DNA of 64,000 nucleotides. Origin: a virus. The DNA is taken from IMG/VR virus record IMGVR_UViG_3300037190_000626, positions 13,960-77,959 of that record; one strand, written 5' to 3'. Made by a program: the position numbers and the translations under genes. Below the pieces are notes generated by a model. The model worked only from the letters and a program-made list of their open reading frames with translations, was not told where the DNA came from and did no database searches. This document shows positions 54,909 to 64,000 of the stretch, one piece after another (positions within the stretch are counted from its first letter, which is position 1; each line of letters starts with the position of its first letter).

Positions 54909-55709
54909 ATGACTCGTATAGGCTTCATATGTCCCACTCACCGTGAGGGCGAATTACACGAATACACGGTTGCAGCTCTCCGGTCGTTTTTTCAGACAAC
55001 GGCGGACGGGGTAGCTATTGTCGTGGATGACGCCTCCCCGGGTTGGGAGCCGATCCACGAGAGCCACCTGAAAATGCAGGCCGAGTATAAAGGTCAGGAG
55101 TGTTTTGTTTACAGGTTTGACGAGTGGGGCGGTCTTACACGCAGTTGGAATCAAGGTCTTAAGATTGCCCGCGATTTTGGATGTGATTATGTTATTTGCG
55201 GTAACAACGACATAATCTTTCCCAGCCTGTGGTATCAGGGTCTTTTACACGCATTAACGCACGGTTATTCGATGGTTGGCCCTGTATCTAACGCTCCGGG
55301 CGTTACTGCAAAACACCATCAGGAAGTGTGGCGTTATTTCCCCGACTACCAGCTAGATGATTCGGATATATACATTAACCGAGTTCAAGCGTACCTCTTA
55401 GAGAAACATCTCGGGGCTGTTTTAGACTGCCCGGTTAACGGATTTTTTCAGATGGCCGCACTGGATACGTGGTGGAAGGGACGTTATGACGATAATGACG
55501 TTTATCGACCTCGCAACGATCTAACGAGTCGAGGACATAAAAATGCTACTCCTCTTATGACGTTGAACGAGGATGAATTACAAGGTAGGTGGAGGAAGTT
55601 GGGATTTCGTATGGGGATAGTGCCTAGTAGTTTTATTTTCCACTATCGGGCCGTGACTCGTGGCAATAAATTTCGCAAGGGAAGATGGTACAGGAAGACA
55701 TCCACATAA
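54909..55709 (+). CDS. GT2-family glycosyltransferase
   Basis: IVVDDAS, GLTRSWNQG, NNDII, VGPVSN, FIFHY. Confidence 0.85.
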   Translation: MTRIGFICPTHREGELHEYTVAALRSFFQTTADGVAIVVDDASPGWEPIHESHLKMQAEYKGQECFVYRFDEWGGLTRSWNQGLKIARDFGCDYVICGNNDIIFPSLWYQGLLHALTHGYSMVGPVSNAPGVTAKHHQEVWRYFPDYQLDDSDIYINRVQAYLLEKHLGAVLDCPVNGFFQMAALDTWWKGRYDDNDVYRPRNDLTSRGHKNATPLMTLNEDELQGRWRKLGFRMGIVPSSFIFHYRAVTRGNKFRKGRWYRKTST

Positions 55710-56392
55710 TGACACCGCAGGTAATTGTTTATAGTTGTGTAACAGCTGGTTATGATGATTTAGCTGGCACGTTGTTTAAAGGGGCACCTATCCCCGAAGA
55801 CAATGTGAAGTTTGTGTTATTCACAGATAGATCTCCGTCGGGTGATACGGGAGTGTGGGAGGTGGGGCCATTAAAATGGCATCATGCCACTTGTCCCCGT
55901 CGTAGCGCCCGTTACCACAAATGTATGTCGCAGCGTGTTTTGCCTTCTCATGACTATAGTGTGTGGGTAGACGGCAGCCAGATTTTTAAAGGCGTGAAGG
56001 TGTGGGAGGACATAGTAAAACCGCAGGTGATATCGGGCTACGATGTCGCTACTTTTAAGCATCCCTTACGTCAGTGTGCTTATCAGGAGGAGAGAGCTTG
56101 CGAGAGGCATAGAAAAGATAATGTCAGTGTTATGCGTTCTCAGATGGATAGATATCGGGCAGAGGGCTATCCGCCCTACAATGGCATGGTAGAGACAGCG
56201 TGCGTCATACGAGCAAACACAGACCCTGTTCACGAGTTTAACGCTGCGTGGTGGGATGAACTTACAAAGGATAGTTTTCGCGATCAGTTGAGCTTCAACT
56301 ACGTTTGCTGGCGATTAGGGTTTCAGTACGGTCATATCCCCGGACACCGGGAGGAGTCATGCTTTTTCAATTTTGTCTCACATAAGCGATGA
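55709..56392 (+). CDS. DUF616-like (TOD1/MUCI70) glycosyltransferase-like protein
   Basis: VYSCVTAGYD, FTD, SVWVDGS, HPLRQCAYQE, RDQLSFNYV. Confidence 0.8.
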   Translation: MTPQVIVYSCVTAGYDDLAGTLFKGAPIPEDNVKFVLFTDRSPSGDTGVWEVGPLKWHHATCPRRSARYHKCMSQRVLPSHDYSVWVDGSQIFKGVKVWEDIVKPQVISGYDVATFKHPLRQCAYQEERACERHRKDNVSVMRSQMDRYRAEGYPPYNGMVETACVIRANTDPVHEFNAAWWDELTKDSFRDQLSFNYVCWRLGFQYGHIPGHREESCFFNFVSHKR

Positions 56393-56401
56393 TTTATTTA
56401 T

Positions 56402-57472
56402 ATGTACACTTTAGGTATTTGTGCCCCTTATCGTCGCTGCGAGGCTACTTTGTCAGCCATACGTTTGGCGGATTTAGGTCGAGAACTGGCTATGAGTGTC
56501 AAGTTCTTAGCTGCTGGTCCGGTCCAGAAGGGTGTGGATCATTACTGGGATAAGTATGTACGCAGAGATCAAGGGGACCGACCTTACCGCTGGGCTAGTG
56601 GGTGCACCCACATAGTTTGGTTTTCTAGCGGGGAGTCTACTTACCAGAAGTCTTTTTTGGTGTCCCCGGGTGCGAGGCACTGGTACGTTCCCCTATGTCA
56701 TGACATGGAGAAGTCTGATCCGTTTTCTCCGCAGTCCTCCGGTCGTATCGTGTGCCCGTCAAAGCAAGCTAGGGACGAACTTCTGTCGCGTACTTACGGT
56801 GACGCCCCATCGCAACACAAGAAAATTAGTTGGTGTCTGTGGGACAGCGGGCTAGATGCCGTAGAAAGCGCATACGGGGCAGAGACGGATGATTTATCCA
56901 TTTATGTTCCTGTGTCTCCTCACGTTATAGACGAGACTGGTCTTTTAGTTCTTAAGGCTATATTGGACCTTTTAAAACTGTTTCCCCGTGTGAAGTTTAC
57001 AGTTGATTGCGGTAAGTCGTGGTCCAAGAAGTCTAGGCGGTTTATTCGTGACCTGTTAAAGAACCACGGAGATCGGCTGACTTTTAATTACTCTCTTTCC
57101 CCTTTGTCACATGTTCGTCACATGCACAATAATGACTGGACATGGATACCGAGTACCCGCGTAGACACGGGCATCGTGGCACAACGTAGTCTTGCATGTG
57201 GGACTCCCGTTATCGTTTACGATATAAGCCCGTATTCGGAATTTATTACTAACGAAGTGAATGGTCTACTCGTGGAATGTGATATATACTCTAACTGGGT
57301 GGGAGCGCCTGTGGCGGGACCCCGTTTCGTATCGGTGGTGAGTACTTTGGCGAGGGCTATCACTGGAGAAAGGGAGCTGTATTCGAGATGCCAGAAGAAG
57401 ACTACGACCCGAGAGAAGAACCACTCGAAACAATTTCGTCTCTTTTGGGCGAAAGAGTGGGACGTCGTGTGA
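56402..57472 (+). CDS. GT-B (GT4-like) glycosyltransferase
   Basis: IPSTRVDTGIVAQRSLACGTPVI...EFITNEVNGLLV, a degenerate EX7E motif. Confidence 0.65.
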   Translation: MYTLGICAPYRRCEATLSAIRLADLGRELAMSVKFLAAGPVQKGVDHYWDKYVRRDQGDRPYRWASGCTHIVWFSSGESTYQKSFLVSPGARHWYVPLCHDMEKSDPFSPQSSGRIVCPSKQARDELLSRTYGDAPSQHKKISWCLWDSGLDAVESAYGAETDDLSIYVPVSPHVIDETGLLVLKAILDLLKLFPRVKFTVDCGKSWSKKSRRFIRDLLKNHGDRLTFNYSLSPLSHVRHMHNNDWTWIPSTRVDTGIVAQRSLACGTPVIVYDISPYSEFITNEVNGLLVECDIYSNWVGAPVAGPRFVSVVSTLARAITGERELYSRCQKKTTTREKNHSKQFRLFWAKEWDVV

Positions 57473-58059
57473 TTGGCGTGACCGGGCTATTTGGGGCTTG
57501 GTTAAATCAGGTATCTTACAGGCTGGAAGAGGCAGGAGGGTTTGTTTTGTGGCCTGCACAGGATTTGCGGTTACACGGGGCCGAGCATAAATACGTACAT
57601 AACGGGGAAAATTGCGAGCTTCTGCGCATGCACGATTCTATCATGGATGAATGTGGTTTGGATTGGTTTTCTACACGCCGTCCGAGGTTTTACAGTACAC
57701 CTTTTCCGGGGCCCGAAGAGTACTTGTCTAAATTTCCTGAGGACGGGGATGTGATTTTAGCGGATAATAAACTTTGCTTTTTCTTACCTTTATGGCAGAA
57801 TTACATAACAGATTTGGTAGTGGTTAGAATAACAGAGAAGGATTGCGGGGATATTTTGAAGGGGTGGGTTCCGCATACCGAGCGTAAGGACCGTGAAGCG
57901 GTTGTAGCTAACTACCGCCAATCTTTGGAAGGTGATCTCGGTTTGGTCGATAAAGTCTGGTACATTGATAATGATGAATTAAAGGTGAAAGCCACGTATA
58001 GTTTTACGCGGTCTTCTGTTGTCGGCAAGGAGGATCACCTAGCAGTTACGTGGGATTAA
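57388..58059 (+). CDS. Hypothetical protein, possibly sulfotransferase-like
   Basis: GENCELLRMHDSIM...LADNKLCFFLPLW resembles degenerate sulfotransferase-family segments. Confidence 0.4.
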   Translation: MPEEDYDPREEPLETISSLLGERVGRRVIGVTGLFGAWLNQVSYRLEEAGGFVLWPAQDLRLHGAEHKYVHNGENCELLRMHDSIMDECGLDWFSTRRPRFYSTPFPGPEEYLSKFPEDGDVILADNKLCFFLPLWQNYITDLVVVRITEKDCGDILKGWVPHTERKDREAVVANYRQSLEGDLGLVDKVWYIDNDELKVKATYSFTRSSVVGKEDHLAVTWD

Positions 58060-58301
58060 ATACAGGCTATGGAAGGCATGTTATGTACGAAAAGATCGCA
58101 CTTTTAGGTAAGTTGGCCGCTCGTAAAAAGTATCATCGGCCCTCGATGGTACCACCACGACCGTCCTCCCATTCGCGCACGTTCAAAGTTAAAGACAAGA
58201 AGGAAAAGAAGAAGTCCCGGAAGGCGTTGCATGAGGCAAGTGGCAATGTGCAGTCACCGCACCGATATGGTCGGAAGGTGAGTAAACGCAAGGCAAGTTA
58301 A

Positions 58302-59750
58302 ATGGCAAAAAGAATCCGCGTCACCAGAAACGTCCAAGGCGAATTTGGTCCTCGCGACTTTTACACTAGGTCAAGGAGTCCCGAAGAAATGAATGACAGT
58401 GAAAATAAACCTCGTCCAACAGACGATGAATTACGAAAATCAATTGAAGCAGCAGCCGGAAACGTCGAGGAGGCGGGAGAAACCCCTGAGCCAGTGGTAA
58501 ACACTGTAGCAGCCCCTGTTCCTCCAACACCAGCGGCTGCTCCTACGTCGTCTGCCGCTCCTACGGTTCCGCCTGACGTGACTGTTGTAGACGTTTCCAA
58601 TGTGGCGTCTGTAGTTTCGCCGCAGGCTCACCAACAAGCGGCTAAGCAGGTCGTTATTAACGACGCCCACGGTTATGACGTAGCGTTTAATATGGCTTTT
58701 TTAGGGGCCGGACAAGGTGGCGGTCGCTTAGCTGCTGCATTTCATACTTTGGGTTACCGTCGTGTTAGTTGCATTAATACTACGGATACAGACTTTGAGG
58801 GATTACCCGAGGAGATTCATCGTCACAGCTTAGATGTCGGCGGTGCGGCTAAAGATGCTCAGTTTGCTGCCGACAGTCTGGATGGCCGCGAAGAAGAGGT
58901 CTGGGATCTCCTTCAACGCTCTTGGGGTAATGACGTAGAGTACGGGTTGATTTGTGCTGGACTTGGGGGCGGAACTGGGAGTGGGTTGTCTCCGCAGCTT
59001 GTCGAGATTGCACGTAAATATATGGAAAGCAAAGGACACGCCCCGAGGGTTGGTGTCATCCTCTCGCTGCCGGAAACCGGGGAGGGTCAGCAGGTTTGTC
59101 GTAATGCGCTCCAGAGTCTTAAGAAGCTGCTAGATCTTAAGGTAAGTCCGGTTGTTCTGGTGGACAATTTTCAAGTTCGTCAGTTGTACCAGCCCGGCTT
59201 TCTCTCGGTGCATTCGACTATTAACAATACCGTCTCTCAGCTGTTTCATATTTTTAATCAGCTGGCGGCAGTCCATAGTCCGTTTGTCACTTTTGACCGC
59301 AGCGAGCTCGCGCAGCTGTTGGATCACGGAATTGTGGTTATGGGAGCTTCGTCGTTGGAGCCGACGCAAATCAATAGTCCGGCGGATATTTCACAAGCTA
59401 TCAGAGATCAGCTGTCGAGTAGTATTTTAGCAGAGGTTGACCTCCGCAAGGGTAAGAAGGGGGCTGTGCTGTTCGTAGGTGATTTACAGACGCTCGATCA
59501 GCTCAGCATGGACTTTTTCGATGCCGGATTTACTCAGATGAGTCGTACGTTAGGTAGTGCATTGCAAGGGGCTAACACTGTTGTTCATCGGGGTGTTTAT
59601 CCCGGTAGCGCTCCCGGGTTACAGATGTACGCGATGATTTCTGAGCTGGAAGCACCCGTCAAGAAGCTCGCGGAGATGGCGAAAGAAGCGGCTATGGATA
59701 AGTCGGTTCTTGAGTCTACTGTCGCTAAGTTTTTGGGTGTAGATGGTTAA
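58302..59750 (+). CDS. Tubulin/FtsZ-family GTPase (PhuZ/TubZ-like)
   Basis: GAGQGGGRL, CINTT, GGAAKD, signature GLGGGTGSG, VDN, FDRSEL. Long P/A/V-rich N-terminal extension. Confidence 0.9.
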   Translation: MAKRIRVTRNVQGEFGPRDFYTRSRSPEEMNDSENKPRPTDDELRKSIEAAAGNVEEAGETPEPVVNTVAAPVPPTPAAAPTSSAAPTVPPDVTVVDVSNVASVVSPQAHQQAAKQVVINDAHGYDVAFNMAFLGAGQGGGRLAAAFHTLGYRRVSCINTTDTDFEGLPEEIHRHSLDVGGAAKDAQFAADSLDGREEEVWDLLQRSWGNDVEYGLICAGLGGGTGSGLSPQLVEIARKYMESKGHAPRVGVILSLPETGEGQQVCRNALQSLKKLLDLKVSPVVLVDNFQVRQLYQPGFLSVHSTINNTVSQLFHIFNQLAAVHSPFVTFDRSELAQLLDHGIVVMGASSLEPTQINSPADISQAIRDQLSSSILAEVDLRKGKKGAVLFVGDLQTLDQLSMDFFDAGFTQMSRTLGSALQGANTVVHRGVYPGSAPGLQMYAMISELEAPVKKLAEMAKEAAMDKSVLESTVAKFLGVDG

Positions 59751-60209
59751 GTGGTAAAGATACCTATCAAATTCCCCCCTGAGTTACTTGCGGCAATGGG
59801 GGGAGGGTCTTCCGTAGCCACTATACTCCCCACGACGAAAACGAAAATTTTATTCGTCGACGGGGAGATGTATGGATCATTAGAATTCCCACGTTCTTTT
59901 AATTTAGGACGTGGACAACTTTTAAAACTTGCCGGATACGGTGAGCTGCAAGTTTTAGAAGCGACAATTGACACGCTCACCTGCACGAAGGAAATTAGCA
60001 AGGAGTTAAACGATGAGTACAGACGAAACCCGCCCGACCCCGACCCCGTCCCTGAGCCGATTGTCCCCGTTACCGGGGGAAGATCTTCATGTGGCACCAG
60101 ACCTGTTTCAGGTGTTAACTGCGAGGTACCAACAGGAAAACGCACCGAAACAGGACACCCAACACTTGGAGACGCTGAAAGCCGCGCAACCCCTTCTCGA
60201 TTTCTTTAA
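59751..60209 (+). CDS. Hypothetical protein
   Basis: 152-aa ORF directly after the tubulin gene. Confidence 0.45.
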   Translation: MVKIPIKFPPELLAAMGGGSSVATILPTTKTKILFVDGEMYGSLEFPRSFNLGRGQLLKLAGYGELQVLEATIDTLTCTKEISKELNDEYRRNPPDPDPVPEPIVPVTGGRSSCGTRPVSGVNCEVPTGKRTETGHPTLGDAESRATPSRFL

Positions 60210-60366
60210 GGAAGAGTTGAAGAGGAACGTGCCGACTACGGCCAGTGCCTTTAACGGATACGTAGTGCTTACCTTGGCTGACGGCACAAGGACACAATTA
60301 GGAGAAGGTGAGGAAGGTGCCCTGCAACCCGGAGCAATCGAGCCCACCAACAGTATTCAGATATGA
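60013..60366 (+). CDS. Hypothetical protein
   Basis: AAGGAG RBS before ATG 60013; overlaps the previous ORF. Confidence 0.45.
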   Translation: MSTDETRPTPTPSLSRLSPLPGEDLHVAPDLFQVLTARYQQENAPKQDTQHLETLKAAQPLLDFFKEELKRNVPTTASAFNGYVVLTLADGTRTQLGEGEEGALQPGAIEPTNSIQI

Positions 60367-61124
60367 GCCCTGACGATGTATTTTTTCCTTACTTGCTCAA
60401 GCTGTTTGCCGAGTACCTCGAAGATATGGAATTTTCGACGGAGGAGGCGAGGCTTCGAGGGTCTGAAGCTTTCGCAGGTTGGCTGAAGGAACTATTTCCA
60501 GAGGTCTCACCCGCCGAGACGTATGGTGACGAGGAAGAGGAAGAAGAGGAAACAACAGAGCGCACGCCGGAAGGCGATGCGCTTTTTGTTTTGTTAAGTT
60601 TTTTGCAGGCTGATCCGTCTGGTGCGTGGGTACAGGAATTTTGGGGTTCTTTACTTATCACGCAACGTAATGCGCCCAGACATAGCGTGGCGGAAGTTAA
60701 TATATCTTATCTTATACGGTGGGCCGACGACCGTTTGTTCTCGTTCGTCTGCGTTCTTCCCCCGCACATGATAAAACCCAAGGGAGTTTTATCTGATTAT
60801 CTAGTGACGAAAATTGGCAGTTTAAGTGCTATGCAATTTCACGACATGATCGCGGAGAGACCCTTAGATCTTTTGCACGATGTTCAGCAGCTGAAGATAC
60901 CTAAAGGGGATATTGAGGAGGTGCTTAGGCGAACCGTGTCAGTTGTGAGCGAGGAGCCTAACGCTCGCAGACGAGAAGATTTACAAAATGCCATTCATCT
61001 TATGCGATCTATGATCCTCCCCCCGCTGCCACCAGAGGCTGAGTTAGAGGCAAGGCAAGCTATGACGGGTAATAGCTTAACAGGCGGTAGCTGGGAGATA
61101 TTTCCGTCGGAGGAAGCAGAATGA
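60363..61124 (+). CDS. Hypothetical protein
   Basis: 253-aa acidic ORF with ATGA coupling. Confidence 0.55.
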   Translation: MSPDDVFFPYLLKLFAEYLEDMEFSTEEARLRGSEAFAGWLKELFPEVSPAETYGDEEEEEEETTERTPEGDALFVLLSFLQADPSGAWVQEFWGSLLITQRNAPRHSVAEVNISYLIRWADDRLFSFVCVLPPHMIKPKGVLSDYLVTKIGSLSAMQFHDMIAERPLDLLHDVQQLKIPKGDIEEVLRRTVSVVSEEPNARRREDLQNAIHLMRSMILPPLPPEAELEARQAMTGNSLTGGSWEIFPSEEAE

Positions 61125-61759
61125 CGTTAGAAACTTTAAACGAAAAATACCCGTGGCCTGAGGTCATCCCGGCTGTACCTGCGGACAGACACTGTTGGTT
61201 CAATCGCAAGGAGCATATGCGTGTTTTTGGTGCCTTGCTGGGTGGGTGCCCTTCCCACCGAACAACGTATTTGGAGATAGGTACTTGGACAGGGGGAGGC
61301 AGTACGGCGTGGGTTTTAACGCATACGAAGATGGACGTTATTTGTGTAGATACTTGGGAGGGCGGTAAAGAGCACTACAAGAAGGAAGAATACAAACAGC
61401 GACTACCTTCGCTGTATGATACTTTTTGTCGCAATCTATGGTCGGAGCGAAGCCGTATCACTCCCGTACGGGAGAACTCACGTGAGGGTTTGGTTATTGT
61501 TAAGGAGCACGGGGTTTCTCCTGATTTTATTTATATCGACGGAAGCCACGAAGAAGACGATGTTTATATGGATATCTCGGATTGCCTACGGCTTTTTCCC
61601 GGGGCAATTATATTCGGGGATGATTTTGTAAATGGAAGTGGACAACTGACGTCTATCGCAGCAGCTATCGAGCGATGCCATAAAGACGAGTTGTTTTCGC
61701 CTAAAGAGTTGGCCCGCATCGGTAGATGTTGGTGGTTGACAAGGAACCTAGAATGGTAA
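61121..61759 (+). CDS. Class I SAM methyltransferase (Methyltransf_24-like)
   Basis: LEIGTWTGGGST, CVDTW, DFIYIDGSH, FGDDF. Confidence 0.85.
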   Translation: MTLETLNEKYPWPEVIPAVPADRHCWFNRKEHMRVFGALLGGCPSHRTTYLEIGTWTGGGSTAWVLTHTKMDVICVDTWEGGKEHYKKEEYKQRLPSLYDTFCRNLWSERSRITPVRENSREGLVIVKEHGVSPDFIYIDGSHEEDDVYMDISDCLRLFPGAIIFGDDFVNGSGQLTSIAAAIERCHKDELFSPKELARIGRCWWLTRNLEW

Positions 61760-62526
61760 AAAGAAAAGTACTGCAATTGGATGATGTGTTATCAAGGATA
61801 GAAGATCCCGACGATTCTTTTACCTTTAGTAGGTGGGGTGACGGGGAGTGGCGTGCTGTGTTTGGGCAGTACACCGGCAAATCTAATTGCGACAGGCATA
61901 AGTATTTTCCTGAGATGGGGAGAGAGCTTTTTAACGTATTGGCGGATAAGCCTGAATACATCATGGGGATGCAGGGTCTTGCTCTTCGTATTTTTGAGAA
62001 CCGGATACTGGAGCAGATAGGGAAAGCCGGAATTGAAGACATGGAATGGGTAGACTCAGATGTCTTACATCAGGGCTCACTGCACGGCCATTTACATCGG
62101 ATTGTAGCGTCGGTAAACACACGTCGCGTGTTGATGATTGGTCCTCCTCACTTGGGAGCTGTAAACAATAATTCTTCGTTACCTTTGCACTATTGGAAAT
62201 TCGTGGACGTCCCTCCTCGTAATGCTTATTTACAGAAGGACGCTATCACCGCAAAAATCAAAGCTATCCTCACTTCCTATCAGGAAGATGAGGTGCCTCT
62301 CCTTATCTCCATCTGTGCTAGTATGCCTGCTGAAATCATACTCCACGAGATTTACCCTTTAACAAAGGGAAGACATACGGCTATTGATTTTGGCAGTCTA
62401 TGGGACCCCTTGGTGGGGATTGCTAGTCGTGGGTATCACCGGGATAAAGGACCTGAGACTTTGGTAAACGCTAGGTCTTTTAGTGCACATATGACGGAGG
62501 CGATGGAAGAGGAAAATGACTCGTGA
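61753..62526 (+). CDS. GT-D fold (DUF1792-like) glycosyltransferase
   Basis: FSRWGDGEW and IDFGSLWD motifs. Confidence 0.7.
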   Translation: MVKRKVLQLDDVLSRIEDPDDSFTFSRWGDGEWRAVFGQYTGKSNCDRHKYFPEMGRELFNVLADKPEYIMGMQGLALRIFENRILEQIGKAGIEDMEWVDSDVLHQGSLHGHLHRIVASVNTRRVLMIGPPHLGAVNNNSSLPLHYWKFVDVPPRNAYLQKDAITAKIKAILTSYQEDEVPLLISICASMPAEIILHEIYPLTKGRHTAIDFGSLWDPLVGIASRGYHRDKGPETLVNARSFSAHMTEAMEEENDS

Positions 62527-63358
62527 TGTTAACACGCTTTTTCTGAGAGCTGTCGGGGGAATGGGTAACCGCCTATTGCCTCTGCTTGCCAGCCTTGATG
62601 GCATAAAGGGTAGTGGACACGCTTTTGCGTTAAACTGGCCTACGTCCTATCGTGGTACGTCTTCGCATGCTTTGAAGGAATCTAATTTTCCTCTTTGTGT
62701 GTCTGAACTTTATAACGTTAATTTCCCTATGCTCACGGAGGGAGAGTGGCGTGCTGTGAATCACGAAGGTCTACCGGCTTACGGTCTTAGACACACACAG
62801 CTGGGTGTAGCTCAGATGCAGGCATCTGCGCGTCCCGTACCCTTTGCGGATTACAAGGATTCGTCTTTAGTGGTGGAAGCGCATGGTTGGTTAAACGTTG
62901 ACGGTAACGGCTGGCAGCTTGTTCAACGTATGGCCGAGCTTTATGACGAACATCTAAAATTACATGACGAGCAACAGGAAGTGCGGGATCAGGTTTTGAA
63001 ATCGTTTGGAGGGCGTCCTACGGTTGGAGTCTATATGCGACAATTACACCCGAAATTAAAAAGCTGGGATGCTTATGGGCGTATTGTTCCCCAAATGAGG
63101 CAGCACATAAAAAAAGATCCCGCTACGCTGTTTTTTGTTATTTCAGAGTGCCCCCGCACTGTTCAGCAATTAAAAGAGGAGTTTGGAGACAGAAATATCG
63201 TTACTACGCCGAAGCCGGGGGTGATGAATCACCCAGAAGAGATGAAGGGAGTAGTAGTTGATATCGAAGTTATGAGGCATGTTGGTGTATACTATCCAAC
63301 GTATGGAAGTGGAATGGCGCGGCTGATGTCAGCTATGCGTGGTGAGGAGATTATTTAG
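62516..63358 (+). CDS. Fucosyltransferase-like (NodZ/GT11-type) protein
   Basis: GGMGNRL, VGVYMR, FFVISE, GSGMARL. Confidence 0.6.
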   Translation: MTRDVNTLFLRAVGGMGNRLLPLLASLDGIKGSGHAFALNWPTSYRGTSSHALKESNFPLCVSELYNVNFPMLTEGEWRAVNHEGLPAYGLRHTQLGVAQMQASARPVPFADYKDSSLVVEAHGWLNVDGNGWQLVQRMAELYDEHLKLHDEQQEVRDQVLKSFGGRPTVGVYMRQLHPKLKSWDAYGRIVPQMRQHIKKDPATLFFVISECPRTVQQLKEEFGDRNIVTTPKPGVMNHPEEMKGVVVDIEVMRHVGVYYPTYGSGMARLMSAMRGEEII

Positions 63359-63437
63359 GGTAATCCCTATTGGTCGTGGCCGCTGTAACAGGCTAGAATT
63401 ACAAGATGCAAACGGTCTTTTTTCCCGGAGCGCACGG

Positions 63438-64000
63438 ATGCCCTTCAAAAGCAAATCACAACAGAAGTGGATGTACGCCAATGAGCCTGAGATGGCTGAG
63501 CGGTGGTCCGACCACACTCTGGATCACAAGTCTTTACCGGATAAGGTAAAGAAGAATAAGCGCAAAAAGAAAGCGGCTGATGCTCTTGCCACCGCTTGGG
63601 AAGCCATTAAGGCTCCCGTCGCCGCTGCCTCAGACGCCATTACCTCTCAAGAAGATGTGCGTCGTAAAGAGGAAGATAAACTCCAGCGGGCCGTAGACAG
63701 ACATACTCGTGAGCGAATGGCGAGACGTATCGCCGCAGCACGTGTCCCTAAAATGGGTGCTTACGACCCCCCTTCACCCCCCTCAAATCGGCACTATGAG
63801 ATGAGAGAAACTGTACACAAAGCGTTGCGAAAGCACGCAATGGCTAAAAAAATATGTGACTTGTTCAGTGATTCTGACCCCAAGTCGCATCCCAAAGGGG
63901 TCAAAGTTGTCAAAAGTACGGTCAAAATGACTCCTTTGGCCACTGTTAAGGTCAAAGGGAAGCGAGAGAAGAAAGCTTATCTTGAGCTGAGGTTCTGTAA
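63438..64000 (+). CDS. Phage protein, 3'-truncated (not in ORF track)
   Basis: MPFKSKSQQKWMYANEPEMAERW...; frame is open to the window end. Confidence 0.6.
   Translation, partial: MPFKSKSQQKWMYANEPEMAERWSDHTLDHKSLPDKVKKNKRKKKAADALATAWEAIKAPVAAASDAITSQEDVRRKEEDKLQRAVDRHTRERMARRIAAARVPKMGAYDPPSPPSNRHYEMRETVHKALRKHAMAKKICDLFSDSDPKSHPKGVKVVKSTVKMTPLATVKVKGKREKKAYLELRFC

Noticed and set aside
1-64000. tRNA/rRNA genes, integrase, introns or inteins, alternative genetic code
   Set aside because: No cloverleaf or rRNA-like sequence was seen by eye, and no integrase motifs. Core genes are intact and of plausible length under the standard code.

Overview
The window looks like part of a large, probably jumbo-type, tailed dsDNA phage genome in the standard genetic code, with nearly all genes on the + strand. 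It carries a GpA-type terminase large subunit (- strand, 1.6-3.6 kb) and a dense block of small accessory genes (4-23 kb), including RNase H, two 2OG-Fe(II) oxygenases, dCTP deaminase, a thermonuclease, excisionase-type HTH proteins, a stand-alone RNAP alpha-CTD and a CAP-domain protein. A replication/recombination module follows (23-48 kb): SbcD/SbcC, SF2 helicase, DnaB-like helicase, primase, UDG-fused family A polymerase, Tmk, RecA-like protein, DEDDh exonuclease and RuvC. The right end (53-64 kb) holds a probable portal, a tubulin/FtsZ-family GTPase and a glycosylation cluster. Several genes suggest a Planctomycetota host (inference). The most striking element is at 13.9-17.1 kb. A RAMP/Cas7-like gene and a partner gene are followed by a non-CRISPR, G-rich array. 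Its units are delimited by GGCAGTC and filled with a strict 5-nt GGY-NN period, so every unit is 9+5n nt. There are 13 complete units in one block and 3 in a second. This is a candidate RNA-guided system with a gapped guide code, resembling VIPR-type loci as I recall them (not verified here). A second RAMP-like gene sits beside an IS110/Nop-like domain gene inside the replication module. All protein calls come from motif recognition by eye; no database searches were run.
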